Shown one piece after another: positions 1 to 9,885 of a stretch of 64,000 nt of DNA. The notes beneath the pieces are model-generated. The model saw nothing but the letters and a program-made list of their open reading frames with translations. It was not told the origin of the DNA and made no database searches. How positions within the stretch are numbered: the stretch's first letter is position 1; the number at the start of each line of letters is the position of its first letter. The position numbers were made by a program, and so were the translations under genes. Origin of the DNA: an uncultured delta proteobacterium (GTDB taxonomy: Bacteria > Desulfobacterota > Binatia > UBA9968); the NCBI GenBank assembly GCA_963847445.1, contig CAWJZV010000027.1, positions 1-64,000 on the forward strand, in the 5' to 3' direction.

Positions 1-267
1 AGAGGCCAACCAGAGTTTTTCAAAGGCGATGAAAGCCGTGAAGCAAGGCAAGGAGGTCGTGTTGACTGAAAGAGGAAAGCCCATTGCAGTGATCAAGCCG
101 CTCCATCCAAAGGAAGATCAAGAGGCGGTGATTTTGCGTTGGAGGCGGAGGGAATACTAAGACCGGCTTTGAAACGGGGACCGATGCCTAAGCCAACCTG
201 GAAGCCGATCCGCGTGAAGGGCAAGCCCATGTCGCAGACTATCATTGAGGAGCGCGATGAGCGGTGA
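1..267 (+). CDS. Phd/YefM-family antitoxin (5'-partial; 1-bp frameshift near 140)
   Basis: Manual translation EANQSFSKAMKAVKQGKEVVLTERGKPIAVIKP is Phd-like; a second frame ends SQTIIEERDER-stop at 265-267, overlapping the GTG start of a PIN toxin. Confidence 0.8.
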
Positions 268-410
268 CATTCGCCTAGTTCGACACGAGCGCTTTGATAA
301 AGCGATACGTTGCGGCATCCGGACTAAGGATTCCCTTCGTCACGGGAGATGACCGGCAGCGGGAAGCTGCGGGAGACATCGGTCTTGATGTTGTGTGGGT
401 CGGCGGCTGA
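264..410 (+). pseudogene. vapC: VapC/PIN toxin remnant (nonsense codon plus large internal in-frame deletion)
   Basis: Reads VTFA*FDTSALIKRYVAASGLRIPFVTGDDRQREAAGDIGLDVVWVGG*: the PIN N-terminal DTSAL motif is joined directly to the C-terminal FVTGD motif; TAG at 276-278. Confidence 0.75.
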
Positions 411-477
411 GCCGCAACCGAAACGCGGAGATATCTCTCGCAAAGACGCGAAGGCCGCAAAGGTGACGGGCGATGCC

Positions 478-575
478 CGTCATCCCGAGGGGATACGAGG
501 GATCGAGGAAGGATTTCTCCAAGGGTCGAAATGACAACGATTCCGAACTTGGCGACTTTGCGCCTTTGCGGGAGG
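478..575. repeat. REP-like GTCAT...ATGAC hairpin element plus CTTTGCG-type tandem tail
   Basis: gtcatcccgag...gaaatgac; related copies at about 21877, 38970 and 52832. Confidence 0.65.
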
Positions 576-629
576 AATATCCGAATTCGAGAAATTCACC
601 GCAGATGAGGTCTTAGGCTCGGCCCTTTT

Positions 630-1565
630 TTAGCGCGCCGGCAAGTAGGAAAAATCGAAAACCTGGTTCGCCGGGATTTCTTTGGTGATATTTTCCGTCT
701 GGCGGGCGTCGCGGATGGTGTCGGCGATGAGCTGGGCGTCGACGCGGCCGTCGGCGGTTTCGACTTGTTTATGTTGCTCGTAGATCTTCGACAGCAGGTC
801 TTCGTCTTCGATGCGCATCGCGCGTTTGAGCGTCGGGAAGATTTTCGCCTTGTTCTCTTTGGCAAACGCTCTGGCGCGTGCCAGCGCGCGGGTGAGGCGG
901 CGGACTTGGTCCGGCGAACGTTCCAGTGTCTCGCCCAAAGTCGCCACCCCGGTGCTCGGCAGGCGCACGAAGTTGCCTGAGAATCCCAAGTTAGTGAGTC
1001 CTTCGCGATAGGCGAGAAAATTAAACGGCGGATTGAGCATGGCCGCGCCGATGCGGCCGGTCTTGAGCGCGGAGATCATCGCGGTTTGTCCCGGAATGGT
1101 GATGACGTTGACCTGGCTGGGATCGATTTTCGACTGGCTGAGGATGCGCCGCATGATGATGTCCTGCAATCCGCCGCGCGAAGAGATCGCAACTACTTTG
1201 CCTTTTAACTCGGAGATCGTGCTGATGTTAGCCGCGCCGACGAGATCCTGCAGCGGCCGGTCGACGAACAGCATGACGATGCGCACGTTGATGCCGCGGA
1301 TGGCGGCGGCGACCGCGGAACCCATGGTGGCGGCGTATTGAATGTCGCCGGCGAGCAGCACCTTGATGTTGAGGGACGCCGGCATGACGACCATCTCGGC
1401 GTTGAGGCCTTCCTGTTGGAAGAAGCCATGCTCTTTGGCGACGAAGAACGGCATGGCGGTGATGGTCACCGACGGCAGGCCGATCTTGATGTTTTCGGCG
1501 TGGGCGAGTGATCGGCAAGCGTACTCACGAACAAAATCACGCCAAGAGCAATGAGGACTCGGCAA
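630..1565 (-). CDS. ABC transporter substrate-binding protein, NMT1/THI5/SsuA-like (N-terminus probably frameshifted)
   Basis: PFFVAKEHGFFQQEGL, ELKGKVVAISSRGG and C-terminal VFDFSYL are typical of the family. Confidence 0.85.
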   Translation of the reverse strand: MPSPHCSWRDFVREYACRSLAHAENIKIGLPSVTITAMPFFVAKEHGFFQQEGLNAEMVVMPASLNIKVLLAGDIQYAATMGSAVAAAIRGINVRIVMLFVDRPLQDLVGAANISTISELKGKVVAISSRGGLQDIIMRRILSQSKIDPSQVNVITIPGQTAMISALKTGRIGAAMLNPPFNFLAYREGLTNLGFSGNFVRLPSTGVATLGETLERSPDQVRRLTRALARARAFAKENKAKIFPTLKRAMRIEDEDLLSKIYEQHKQVETADGRVDAQLIADTIRDARQTENITKEIPANQVFDFSYLPAR

Positions 1566-1620
1566 GTCTTACATCCTTGATGGTCGAGGATTGAGCTGAG
1601 GGTGATCTGGTATTGCATCG

Positions 1621-1658
1621 CCCCCTCACCCTAGCCCTCTCCCGCAAGGGGAGAGGGA
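1621..1658. repeat. CCCCTCACCC-type palindromic intergenic repeat
   Basis: ccccctcaccctagccctctcccgcaaggggagaggg hairpin; relatives at about 6165, 15761 and 22026. Confidence 0.7.
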
Positions 1659-1732
1659 ACCTGAGTTCGGATCGTTGTTGTGCGGAGTGCATGGCTTGTC
1701 GAATCCTCGTTTGGTCTTTTAAAGATGTTGCT

Positions 1733-2831
1733 TCAATCCAGCGGATAAAGCTTGCGCGCGTTGTCGTTCAAAATCTTACGTTTAGTCGCAGCGCTGAGCT
1801 TGGGATGATTGACGATCGGTTCCGAGGCGCCGGGCCAGCGGCTGTCGAAGTGGCTGTAGTCGGAGGCGAAGACCAGCCAGTCGTCGCCGAAAGCTATCGA
1901 CGACATGGGCGAGCTCGTTTTCATCGGCCTCGAAGGAAAAATAAAGCTGGCCGCGTTCGAGCAGTTTGCTCGGTTCCGCCTTCAACTCCGGCGTCTGCAC
2001 GCCGAGCACTTCGTAATGCTCGTCCATGCGGTGAAACCAGTAGGGCAGCCAGCCGCAGCCGGATTCTAAAAACACGAAGCGCAACTTGGGAAAGCGGTCA
2101 AGCACGCCTTCGCCGAGGATCACCGATAAGGCGATCATCTGCTCAAACGGATGGCCGAACAGGTGCGAATAAAAAAACTTGTCGACGCGCTCGGTGCCGG
2201 TGGCATCGGAGCCGTAGCGGCCGAGAAACATATGCACGCAGATCGGCACGTTTAACTTTTCCGCTTCGGCGTAGAGCGGAAAGTAATAGGGATCGCCGAG
2301 ATGGCGGCCTTTGACGTTGGGAAAGATCGACGCGCCGACCATGCCGAGTTCTTTGACGCTGCGGCGCAATTCGCTCACGCTGGCGGCGATGTCTTGCTGC
2401 GCCAGGGCGGCGGTGCCTTTGATGCGCTTGGGGTCGGCGGCGCAATACTCGGCCAGCCAGGTGTTGCGCGCGCTGGCGAGCGCGGCGGCGAGGCCGGCGT
2501 CTTCCAACGCCGGGACGGTTCCCGCCAAGCCGGCGCCGAACAACACGGCGACATCGATCTTCTCGCTGTCCATGTCGACCAAGCGCGCTTGCGGATCGGT
2601 CATGCCGGGCCGGCGCGGATGGGGCCGGCTGTAGGGGCCGCCGACGCCGATGCCGAGGCCGCTGGGGCGCGGCCAGGCTTTGCCTTCGATGATTGTGCGC
2701 AACTGACCGTTGCCGCTGTCGCGCCGCTCGGGAGCCTGGCTTTTGTACTTTTCTGGCAGCCGCGCTTTCCAGTCGATATGATTTTCTTCCAGGTGGCCGT
2801 CGGCGTCGACGGTGCCGAATAAGTCTGCCAT
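1733..2831 (-). CDS. Amidohydrolase_2 family protein (LigW/ACMSD-like hydrolase or decarboxylase); frameshift near 1900
   Basis: VDADGH, RLVDMDSEKIDVAVLF, CVH, FLESGCGW, and FASDYSHFD in the second frame. Confidence 0.85.
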
Positions 2832-2857
2832 GCGGACCTCGCTTTGCTCGTGGGCAA

Positions 2858-2890
2858 TTACCAGATTACAAATTTCAGATTCCAAATTTT
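2858..2890. repeat. Heptamer tandem repeat of ATT(C/T)CA(G/A) type
   Basis: ttaccagattacaaatttcagattccaaattt; same family at 13089-13170, 31590-31670 and 43995-44025. Confidence 0.7.
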
Positions 2891-2897
2891 CGGACCG

Positions 2898-3930
2898 CTA
2901 GGTGTCGAGCAGACCGGGGAAAAAGACTTCTTCGATTTTCGCCAGGCGTTGGGTTAGCCCTTCTTCGTGGGAACTGCGAAAGAGCGTTTCCAGCATTTTG
3001 CGTATTTTTCGCGATGCCGAACGGAAAGGGGTCGGTGCCGACCATTTGTTCCTGGCTGGCGCGATCGCTGTGTTCGAAATAGAGATAAGCCGGGTTGCCG
3101 AAGTTGCCGCGCTCGTAGGCGATGCGTTTGCTTTCGCTGAACAGGCGCAAAATTTCGCGCGGCAGTCCAGGATTTTGTTCGAGCACTCGGCGCTGGGCGA
3201 CGATGACGTGGTTGGCCGGCACGATGCCGGTCTTCTTGTAGAACTGGTCGACGATGGATAGGCCGCCGTCGGCGAACATTTTGCGCAGCCGCGGGTTGCC
3301 TTCCAGCGGCGTGCCGCCGTAGCGGTCGATATTCAAAGTCATCAGCTTGGGGTCATGGCGCGGCGCGAAGCCGTAGGCGGCGTCGATCTCGCCCTTGTCG
3401 AGCATGACATCGAAGGTCTGCTCCTTGGTGAGCCAGGTCGTCGACACGCCGGCGGGGGGCCTGCTGTCCATGCCGAGCAGGCCGCCATGACTCAGGTCTT
3501 GGACCCGGCCGATGTACCAGGAGATGTCATTCGGTTGGATGTTACAAAGTTCGCGCAGAATAACTCTGAACCACAAACCCGCGGTCATGACGTAGTCAGG
3601 GATGCCGACTCGTTTACCTTTGAGATCGCAGAGCGCTTGGATGCCGGCGCCGGTGTTGACGAACAGCGTCATCCAGACAAACGCTTTGGCGGGAAAGATC
3701 GGCAGCGCCGCCCACTGCCAGCGCTCGCCCTTGGCCTGCTCGCGGGTGATGAGAAATTCGGAGAGCGACATTTCGAAGACATCGAATTCGTCGTTCTTGA
3801 GATTCCTGAAAAATAGCTCCGGCGGTGTGGTGACGTGAATATCCAGAGTCGCCTTGGCCGATTTGACGCTGCCGTCGATGAGCGGCTCGAAGCGGGGATT
3901 TTTGGTGACGCCGACTTTTAGGTTCAACAT
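2898..3930 (-). CDS. 4,5-dihydroxyphthalate decarboxylase-like protein (SBP fold); C-terminal frameshift near 3000
   Basis: PLIDGSVK, FDVFEMSLS, LPIFP, DLKGKRVGIPDYVMTAGLW, GEIDAA, FYKKTGIVPANH, DPFPFG. Confidence 0.75.
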
Positions 3931-4045
3931 TGGAATGACTCGTTTCTCAAAAATGATGTGTCCTTCATACGCCGAGGCACGCCGGAAGGTCAAACCGCGC
4001 GGGCGGCGCTGAGGCACAGTTGCCGCAAACGAGGAACGGGTGTCT

Positions 4046-4123
4046 CACCACGAAGGACGCGAAGGACACGAAGGTTCGGATAGAATCAAGATTCCGAACT
4101 TCGCGTGCTTCGCGCCTTTGTGG
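4046..4123. repeat. CACCACGAAG / CTTCGTG inverted tandem repeat family
   Basis: caccacgaaggacgcgaaggacacgaag...aacttcgcgtgcttcgcgcctttgtgg; relatives at about 14401, 23300, 39961, 45148, 52646 and 60223. Confidence 0.7.
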
Positions 4124-4165
4124 GAGATGATATTCCGATCTACCGGTTATAGCGCCGGTCGCGGG

Positions 4166-4975
4166 TTACGACGGATTGCGCACGACGAAATGTTGTTCGG
4201 GCACGGGATAGCCGGCGGCGCCGCAGGTCTCGCGGATGACTTTGTTGGTATCGAAATAAACCTGCCAGTAGTTATCGGTGTGGCAGTAGGGGCGCACGGC
4301 GAGCACCGGGCCGTTGAAGTTGAACTCAAGCAGTTCGACATCCGGCGGCGGGTCGGTTTTGATATTCGCCATCTTGCCGACCCGTTCCTTCAGTAGTTTG
4401 ATCGCTTCGTTGTGGTCCACCGAGTGGGCGAGCTGGGCTTTCAGGTCGACGCGGCGGAACGGGTTCGCCGAGAAGTTCTGAATCGTGTCGGAGAATATTT
4501 TGTTATTGCCGAGCATCGTCAGCACGTTATCCGGTGTGACCACCGCCGTGACGAAGAGGCCGATCTCCTTGACCGTGCCGGTGACACCGGCGGCGGTGAC
4601 GAAGTCGCCGACCTTGAAGGGCCGGAGCACGATCATGAACGCGCCGGCGGCGAAATTCGCCAGCAGGCCGCTCCAGGCCATGCCGATGGCGACGCCGGCG
4701 GCGGCGAGGATGGCGGCGAAGCTGGTGGTCTCGACGCCGAAGTAGCCTAAGATGGCGACGACCAAGATGACATTCAGCGTGACCGAGATCACGGTGCCGA
4801 TGTAGCGCAGCAGGGTGGGATCGACTTTTTGCTTTTCCAGCGCCGATGTCACTAAGCGGATCGCTAAACTGATCAGCCACCGGCCGACCAAATAGAAAAT
4901 GATCGCGCCGACGACTTTGAAGCCGACCTGAATGCCGACATCGATAATCGTTTGCATGGTTTTACCCACGTCCAT
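4166..4975 (-). CDS. mscS: Small-conductance mechanosensitive channel
   Basis: 269 aa; TM3 AAGVAIGMAWSGLLANFAAG, RPFKVGD, GTVKEIGLF, RRVDL. Confidence 0.92.
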   Translation of the reverse strand: MDVGKTMQTIIDVGIQVGFKVVGAIIFYLVGRWLISLAIRLVTSALEKQKVDPTLLRYIGTVISVTLNVILVVAILGYFGVETTSFAAILAAAGVAIGMAWSGLLANFAAGAFMIVLRPFKVGDFVTAAGVTGTVKEIGLFVTAVVTPDNVLTMLGNNKIFSDTIQNFSANPFRRVDLKAQLAHSVDHNEAIKLLKERVGKMANIKTDPPPDVELLEFNFNGPVLAVRPYCHTDNYWQVYFDTNKVIRETCGAAGYPVPEQHFVVRNPS

Positions 4976-5219
4976 GAGTTCTGACCCTCCTTAGCGTGTC
5001 ATGAATTTCGTCTACGTTTAGATGTGCAGCGACTTCGCTAGTCACGAAGAAACTCTCTTAACTCTGCTCACGCAAACTTGTCAATCGAAAAATCGCCGAC
5101 CGTGGCGTGAATTCACGGCGCGTGTTGACTTGATTTACGCTGCGATAAGTCATTGGACATTGGTCTGTGCTTCAGGTATGAGAGGAAATCCTACGTTCGT
5201 ACCAACTCGGAGGTTCAAT

Positions 5220-6107
5220 ATGAAAATCTGTCATTACGACAATAAACAGGCCGGCGTCGTCGTCGGCGACAAAGTTATTAACTTCGGCGACGCGATGATC
5301 AAAGCCGGCCTGGCGCGCCAAGGCTACACCATGCTCGAAATCATCGACGCGCTAGCCAACAATCCGGCGGCGATGCAGATCGCCCGCGACGCGGCGAATG
5401 GCTCGGGCGGGCTCGATTTGAAATCGGTGAAACTGTTGGCGCCAATCCAAAACCCCGGCACGCTGTGGGCTGCGGCGGCTAACTATGGCGCGCACCGCGC
5501 CGAGATGGTCGATCGCATGGGCAGCGCCAACAAACAGATTATCAACAAAGACGACTTGATGGCGGAGTTCTTCATCAAGACCACGTCGTCGATCATCGGC
5601 CCCGGCGACACGATCATTTTGCCGAAGATGTCCAAACTGGTCGACTTCGAGTGCGAGCTGTGCGCCGTCATCGGCAAGCCGGCGCGCAAGGTCAGCGAAG
5701 CGGATTCGCTCAACCATGTGTTCGGCTACATGATGTGCTGGGACATCAGCCAGCGTGATCCCTGGGGCAAGGGCATGCACAACACGCGCAACATGCGCAA
5801 AGGCTTCGATACCTTTACCGGTTTGGGCCCGTGGATCGTCACCCGGGATGAAATCGACGAACCGCAGAATTTGTCGATTACAGTTTTGCAGAACGGCAAA
5901 GAAGCGATGATCGCGCACACCAGCGACATGATCTGCGGCCTGCGCGAGCATATTCGCTTTCTCAGCAACTGCGTGACGCTGCGCTCCGGCGATTGCATCA
6001 CCACGGGCACGCCGGCCGGCGTCAGCAAATTGCACGATGGCGACAAATTGCATGGCACGATCGAGAAGATCGGCAGCATGGATTTGTACGTCAAAGACGA
6101 AGCGTAG
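5220..6107 (+). CDS. Fumarylacetoacetate hydrolase family protein
   Basis: AANY, FFIK, DFECEL, WDISQRD, KGFDTFTGLGP, ITTGTPAG; RBS ggagg upstream of ATG 5220. Confidence 0.9.
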   Translation: MKICHYDNKQAGVVVGDKVINFGDAMIKAGLARQGYTMLEIIDALANNPAAMQIARDAANGSGGLDLKSVKLLAPIQNPGTLWAAAANYGAHRAEMVDRMGSANKQIINKDDLMAEFFIKTTSSIIGPGDTIILPKMSKLVDFECELCAVIGKPARKVSEADSLNHVFGYMMCWDISQRDPWGKGMHNTRNMRKGFDTFTGLGPWIVTRDEIDEPQNLSITVLQNGKEAMIAHTSDMICGLREHIRFLSNCVTLRSGDCITTGTPAGVSKLHDGDKLHGTIEKIGSMDLYVKDEA

Positions 6108-6225
6108 AGATTATTGAGAGAGAGGCTTGCCCTCGAGCGCGCGAAAAAGTTCGGCCCTTAAAGAGCCCTCCCTATCCTCGCGGAGAGGGATAGTCGGAAC
6201 AAAGCAAGATTGAGGAGTTCGAATT

Positions 6226-7356
6226 ATGCCAGCGGCGCCTAAAGCCAATCCACCGATTCGAACGTTACTCGGCCCGGGTCCAAGTCCGGTCAGCCCGCGC
6301 GTGCTCGCGGCGCTGGCGCTGCCGGTGGTCGGTCATCTCGATCCGAAGTTTTTGGAAATCATGGATCAGAGTATGGCGATGCTGCGCGAGTTGTTTCAGA
6401 CCAAGAACCGTTTGGCCCTGCCGATGTCGGGCACGGGCAGCGCCGGCATGGAGACCTGTTTCGTCAATTTGATCGAACCCGGCGAACGCGTGCTGATCGG
6501 CGTCAACGGCGTCTTCGGCACGCGCATGGTCGACGTCGCGCAGCGCTGCGGCGCGCAAGTCGACACGGTTGAGGCGGAGTGGGGCACGGCGCTCGATGCC
6601 CAAAAGGTCAAAGAGGCGCTGGCAAAGAATAAATACAAACTGGTCGCCGTGGTGCATGCCGAGACTTCCACGGGCGTGCTCCAGCCGATGGACGATATCG
6701 CCAAGCTGGTGCGCGACAGCGGCGCGCTGTTGGTGGTCGATGCCGTGACTTCGTTGGGCGGCGCGCCGGTGCGGGTCGACGAACTCGGCATCGACGCCTG
6801 CTACAGCGGCACGCAAAAATGTTTGGGCTGCCCGCCGGGGCTGTCGCCGGTGACCTTCAACGAGCGCGCTGTTGAGGTAATCCGCCAGCGCAAGACCAAG
6901 GTGCAGAGCTGGTATCTCGATCTGTCGATGATCGAAAAATACTGGGGCAGCGAGCGCGTCTATCATCACACCGCGCCGATCTCGATGAACTACGCGCTGC
7001 ACGAAGCGCTGCGCATCGTCCTCGAAGAAGGGCTGGAAAAATCCTGGCAGCGCCACAAGCAGACCCACGATGTGTTTATCCGCGAGATGCGCAAGCTGGA
7101 AATCGAACCGGCGGTGGCCGAATCGATCCGCGCGCCGATGATCAACGCCATCAAGATTCCCGAAGGCGCCGACGACGCCAAGGTGCGCGCGCGCTTATAC
7201 GACGAGTTCAACATCGAAATCGGCGCCGGCTTGGGGCCGCTCAAGGGAAAAATCTGGCGCGTCGGTTTGATGGGCCATGGCTCGCGGGTGGAGAATGTCG
7301 AGATTCTCGCCGGGGCGCTGAAAGAAGCTGATCTAGCTCATCTTTCGACTCCATGA
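6226..7356 (+). CDS. Class V PLP aminotransferase (alanine-glyoxylate / serine-pyruvate type)
   Basis: LLGPGPS, SGTGSAGME, HAETSTG, DAVTS, SGTQK (PLP lysine), YHHT, WRVGLMG. Confidence 0.92.
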   Translation: MPAAPKANPPIRTLLGPGPSPVSPRVLAALALPVVGHLDPKFLEIMDQSMAMLRELFQTKNRLALPMSGTGSAGMETCFVNLIEPGERVLIGVNGVFGTRMVDVAQRCGAQVDTVEAEWGTALDAQKVKEALAKNKYKLVAVVHAETSTGVLQPMDDIAKLVRDSGALLVVDAVTSLGGAPVRVDELGIDACYSGTQKCLGCPPGLSPVTFNERAVEVIRQRKTKVQSWYLDLSMIEKYWGSERVYHHTAPISMNYALHEALRIVLEEGLEKSWQRHKQTHDVFIREMRKLEIEPAVAESIRAPMINAIKIPEGADDAKVRARLYDEFNIEIGAGLGPLKGKIWRVGLMGHGSRVENVEILAGALKEADLAHLSTP

Positions 7357-7466
7357 TCATACTGCAATGAGGGTCGAGGATAGAGGATGGATGATCGAGA
7401 CGGGTAACGCGGCGGCTGTCCGATCCTTTCTATTGCCTTGCCATCCTCCTCCTCGACCATTCTTCT

Positions 7467-8432
7467 CTAGCTATACAACTTCGCCACCCATTCCCCATAG
7501 CCATTGTACGGCAGCGTCGGCCGGCGTTCGCCGGTGTCGATGAGTTTTTCCGTCGCTTGCGACCAACGTGGGTGGGGCGTGTGGGGGTCGACGTTGGCAA
7601 TGAAATCGTATTCGCTGGGCCGGTTGCTATTCCAGAAGGTAGTCGGCCGTTCGGCGGTGAATTCGATTTTGACGATCGACTTGATGCTTTTGAAGCCGTA
7701 CTTCCATGGCACGACCAGGCGCAGCGGCGCGCCATGCTGTTTGGGCAGCGGATGACCGTAGATGCCGGTGGCGAGGAGGGTGAGTTCGTTCATCGCTTCA
7801 GCCATGGTCAATGCTTCGGAATAGGGCCAGGGACCGTAGGATGGGCTTTGATTGCTCGCCTGGTCGGGTTTCATAAACGTCACCAAGCGGATGAACTTGG
7901 CCGCTGAGAGCGGTTCGACTTTCTTGAGCAGCGCGGCTAGCGGAAATCCCGTCCACGGCACCGCCATGGCCCAGGCCTCGACACAACGAAAACGATAGAG
8001 CCGCTCTTCAAGTCCCATGGAGCGAACCAGTTCGTCGATGTCGTAAAGTCGCGGCTTGGCGACCAGACCGGCAATCTCCACCTGCCATGGATGGGTCGTC
8101 AGGCGCGCGGCGTTTTTGTAAACCCGACTCTTGAAGACGCTGAACTCGTAGAAATTGTTGTACGAAGCGGCGTAGGCTTCGTCGGTAACTGGACGATCGA
8201 GGATGAACTGTGGGTTGCGGCGTGCGGGATAGCGATCGGCTGCGGCCGGCTTTTCCTGAGCGCCGAGGCGAATTGCATCGCCGGCGGGGCCGCAGGCGGA
8301 TGTCAATCCGCCGGCAATGCCGAGTCCGATGAGGCCGGCCGATTTGACCAGCTGGCGGCGCTGACGGAAAAATTTCTCCGATGTGAGCTCGCGCTCGGAA
8401 AGTTGCCAGGATTTTCGGATATGGACAGCCAT
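7467..8432 (-). CDS. msrP: Periplasmic protein-methionine-sulfoxide reductase, catalytic molybdopterin subunit
   Basis: Tat motif RRQLVK, YNNFYEF, RFRCVEAW (Mo-ligand Cys), GAPLRLVVPWKYGFKSIK, HPRWSQATE, YNGYG. Confidence 0.93.
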   Translation of the reverse strand: MAVHIRKSWQLSERELTSEKFFRQRRQLVKSAGLIGLGIAGGLTSACGPAGDAIRLGAQEKPAAADRYPARRNPQFILDRPVTDEAYAASYNNFYEFSVFKSRVYKNAARLTTHPWQVEIAGLVAKPRLYDIDELVRSMGLEERLYRFRCVEAWAMAVPWTGFPLAALLKKVEPLSAAKFIRLVTFMKPDQASNQSPSYGPWPYSEALTMAEAMNELTLLATGIYGHPLPKQHGAPLRLVVPWKYGFKSIKSIVKIEFTAERPTTFWNSNRPSEYDFIANVDPHTPHPRWSQATEKLIDTGERRPTLPYNGYGEWVAKLYS

Positions 8433-8500
8433 ACGGCCATCGTGCTGACGATGCCGCCGGTTTGCAAGCGCGGATTTAACGAAATTCTCGAACTGGCGAG

Positions 8501-9436
8501 CTAGCGGTTGACCGCGACGTCGACGGGGACGGCGAATTCTCTTCGGATGTAACCACTCGGTCCATTGTGATGGGGTCGGACTTCGAGCCAGTCGCGGCTT
8601 CGGCTGATCACCGTGACTTTGGTGCCGATGGTGAATGTCGTGAGCACCGGCGCGCTGAAGTTCGGTTCCTTGCGCAGCAGTGTCGCGTATTTGATCCGGA
8701 GTTCTGCGCCAGCGGCTTTGACCGCCGGCGGCGCAGGCTTCTCCGTCACCGGAGCGGGTTTGGTGACCGCTGCCGGTCGCGCTACCGCAGCGGGTGTCTT
8801 TGCCGGTTGGGCGGTTTCCGGTTTCGCTACGGGAGTAGCCACCACTTTTTCAATCGCGCTATTTAAAAAGCTTTCCCAACGCACCAAGGTGGTGATATCC
8901 ATGCCCTCCTGAACGAATAGCAGGGGACATTGAACAGTCACAGTTTCGCTTAGCAGCTCGGTAAATGTCCATTTGCCGGTTTCCGCAAGCACGGTCTTTT
9001 TGAACTCAGCGTCGTTGATGCGCGAGGATACTTCCTTGACCTGGCTGACTTCGCCGGTCGGGGTGACGCTGAATTGTAAAATCAAGCTACCCACTAGCTT
9101 GTCATTGCGCGCGATCTCCTGGCGAAATAGATCCCGCACCGCTTGTAATTGATTCTCGATCCGAGCCGCGATGCGAGCGTCTTGCATCGATTCTCCCTTG
9201 GCGGTCTTGACGGAGAAACCGAGATCCTGGGCGAGAAACACCATGTCGCCGAGGGCCATGTTCATGGTGTGGACGGGCTTTTGGGAGAATTTGTCAGGCG
9301 GTGGTGCAGGCTTGTTCGAAGATTGCGTGCCGATTCCGGAGTAGTAGAGCATTACTCCCAGGCCGATCGTCCATACTACCACGACGATTAAACCCTTGAG
9401 GCCAAACCTCCCCGCTTTGCCACCATTGTGATCCAT
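8501..9436 (-). CDS. Membrane-anchored protein with TonB-C-like (AgmX/PglI C-terminal) domain, Pro/Ala linker and C-terminal SH3b domain
   Basis: N-terminal TM helix; GSLILQFSVTPTGEVSQV...WTF...PLLF; LRKEPNFSAPVL...DWLEV...SGYI. Confidence 0.7.
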   Translation of the reverse strand: MDHNGGKAGRFGLKGLIVVVVWTIGLGVMLYYSGIGTQSSNKPAPPPDKFSQKPVHTMNMALGDMVFLAQDLGFSVKTAKGESMQDARIAARIENQLQAVRDLFRQEIARNDKLVGSLILQFSVTPTGEVSQVKEVSSRINDAEFKKTVLAETGKWTFTELLSETVTVQCPLLFVQEGMDITTLVRWESFLNSAIEKVVATPVAKPETAQPAKTPAAVARPAAVTKPAPVTEKPAPPAVKAAGAELRIKYATLLRKEPNFSAPVLTTFTIGTKVTVISRSRDWLEVRPHHNGPSGYIRREFAVPVDVAVNR

Positions 9437-9885
9437 TCAATACGTCCCCACTGAAAAGATTAGATTGCCTAGCCTTGGAGCAAGTTGCATACCCGTCATG
9501 GCTGGCCAAGTTATCCAATTTTGGGAAAATCTTGTCAATTGAAGCCAGAAGAGCATGTTCGATCTATTGGGAGGAGCCTTAGTCCCTTACACAACATTAA
9601 TTTGGCTACGGTTGTCAACAATTGGTCATGGGCGTCCACATGCGTAGCGGGACGCGATGCGGGCGCGGTGAACAGTTTTCGGAGATATTCTGGCGTAGCG
9701 AGCGAATTTGTTGCGCAGTAAGAATCGTTTTAGCTTAGGTTAGGCGTTGCCTGTCAGACTTGTTTCCGGCACTTCGATGACGCGGCGGCCTGTTTGGCAA
9801 TTTAACTCAATTGATGGTAACGAGATTAGCGGCGCGGGGGATCGAATCGGACCCCTCGCAATTTGACCATGGAAAGGAAAACGAG

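Noticed and set aside
276-278. In-frame TAG in vapC (and TGA in the 34-kb antitoxin) as recoding
   Set aside because: Both genes have other lesions, and TAG and TGA act as normal stops throughout the window
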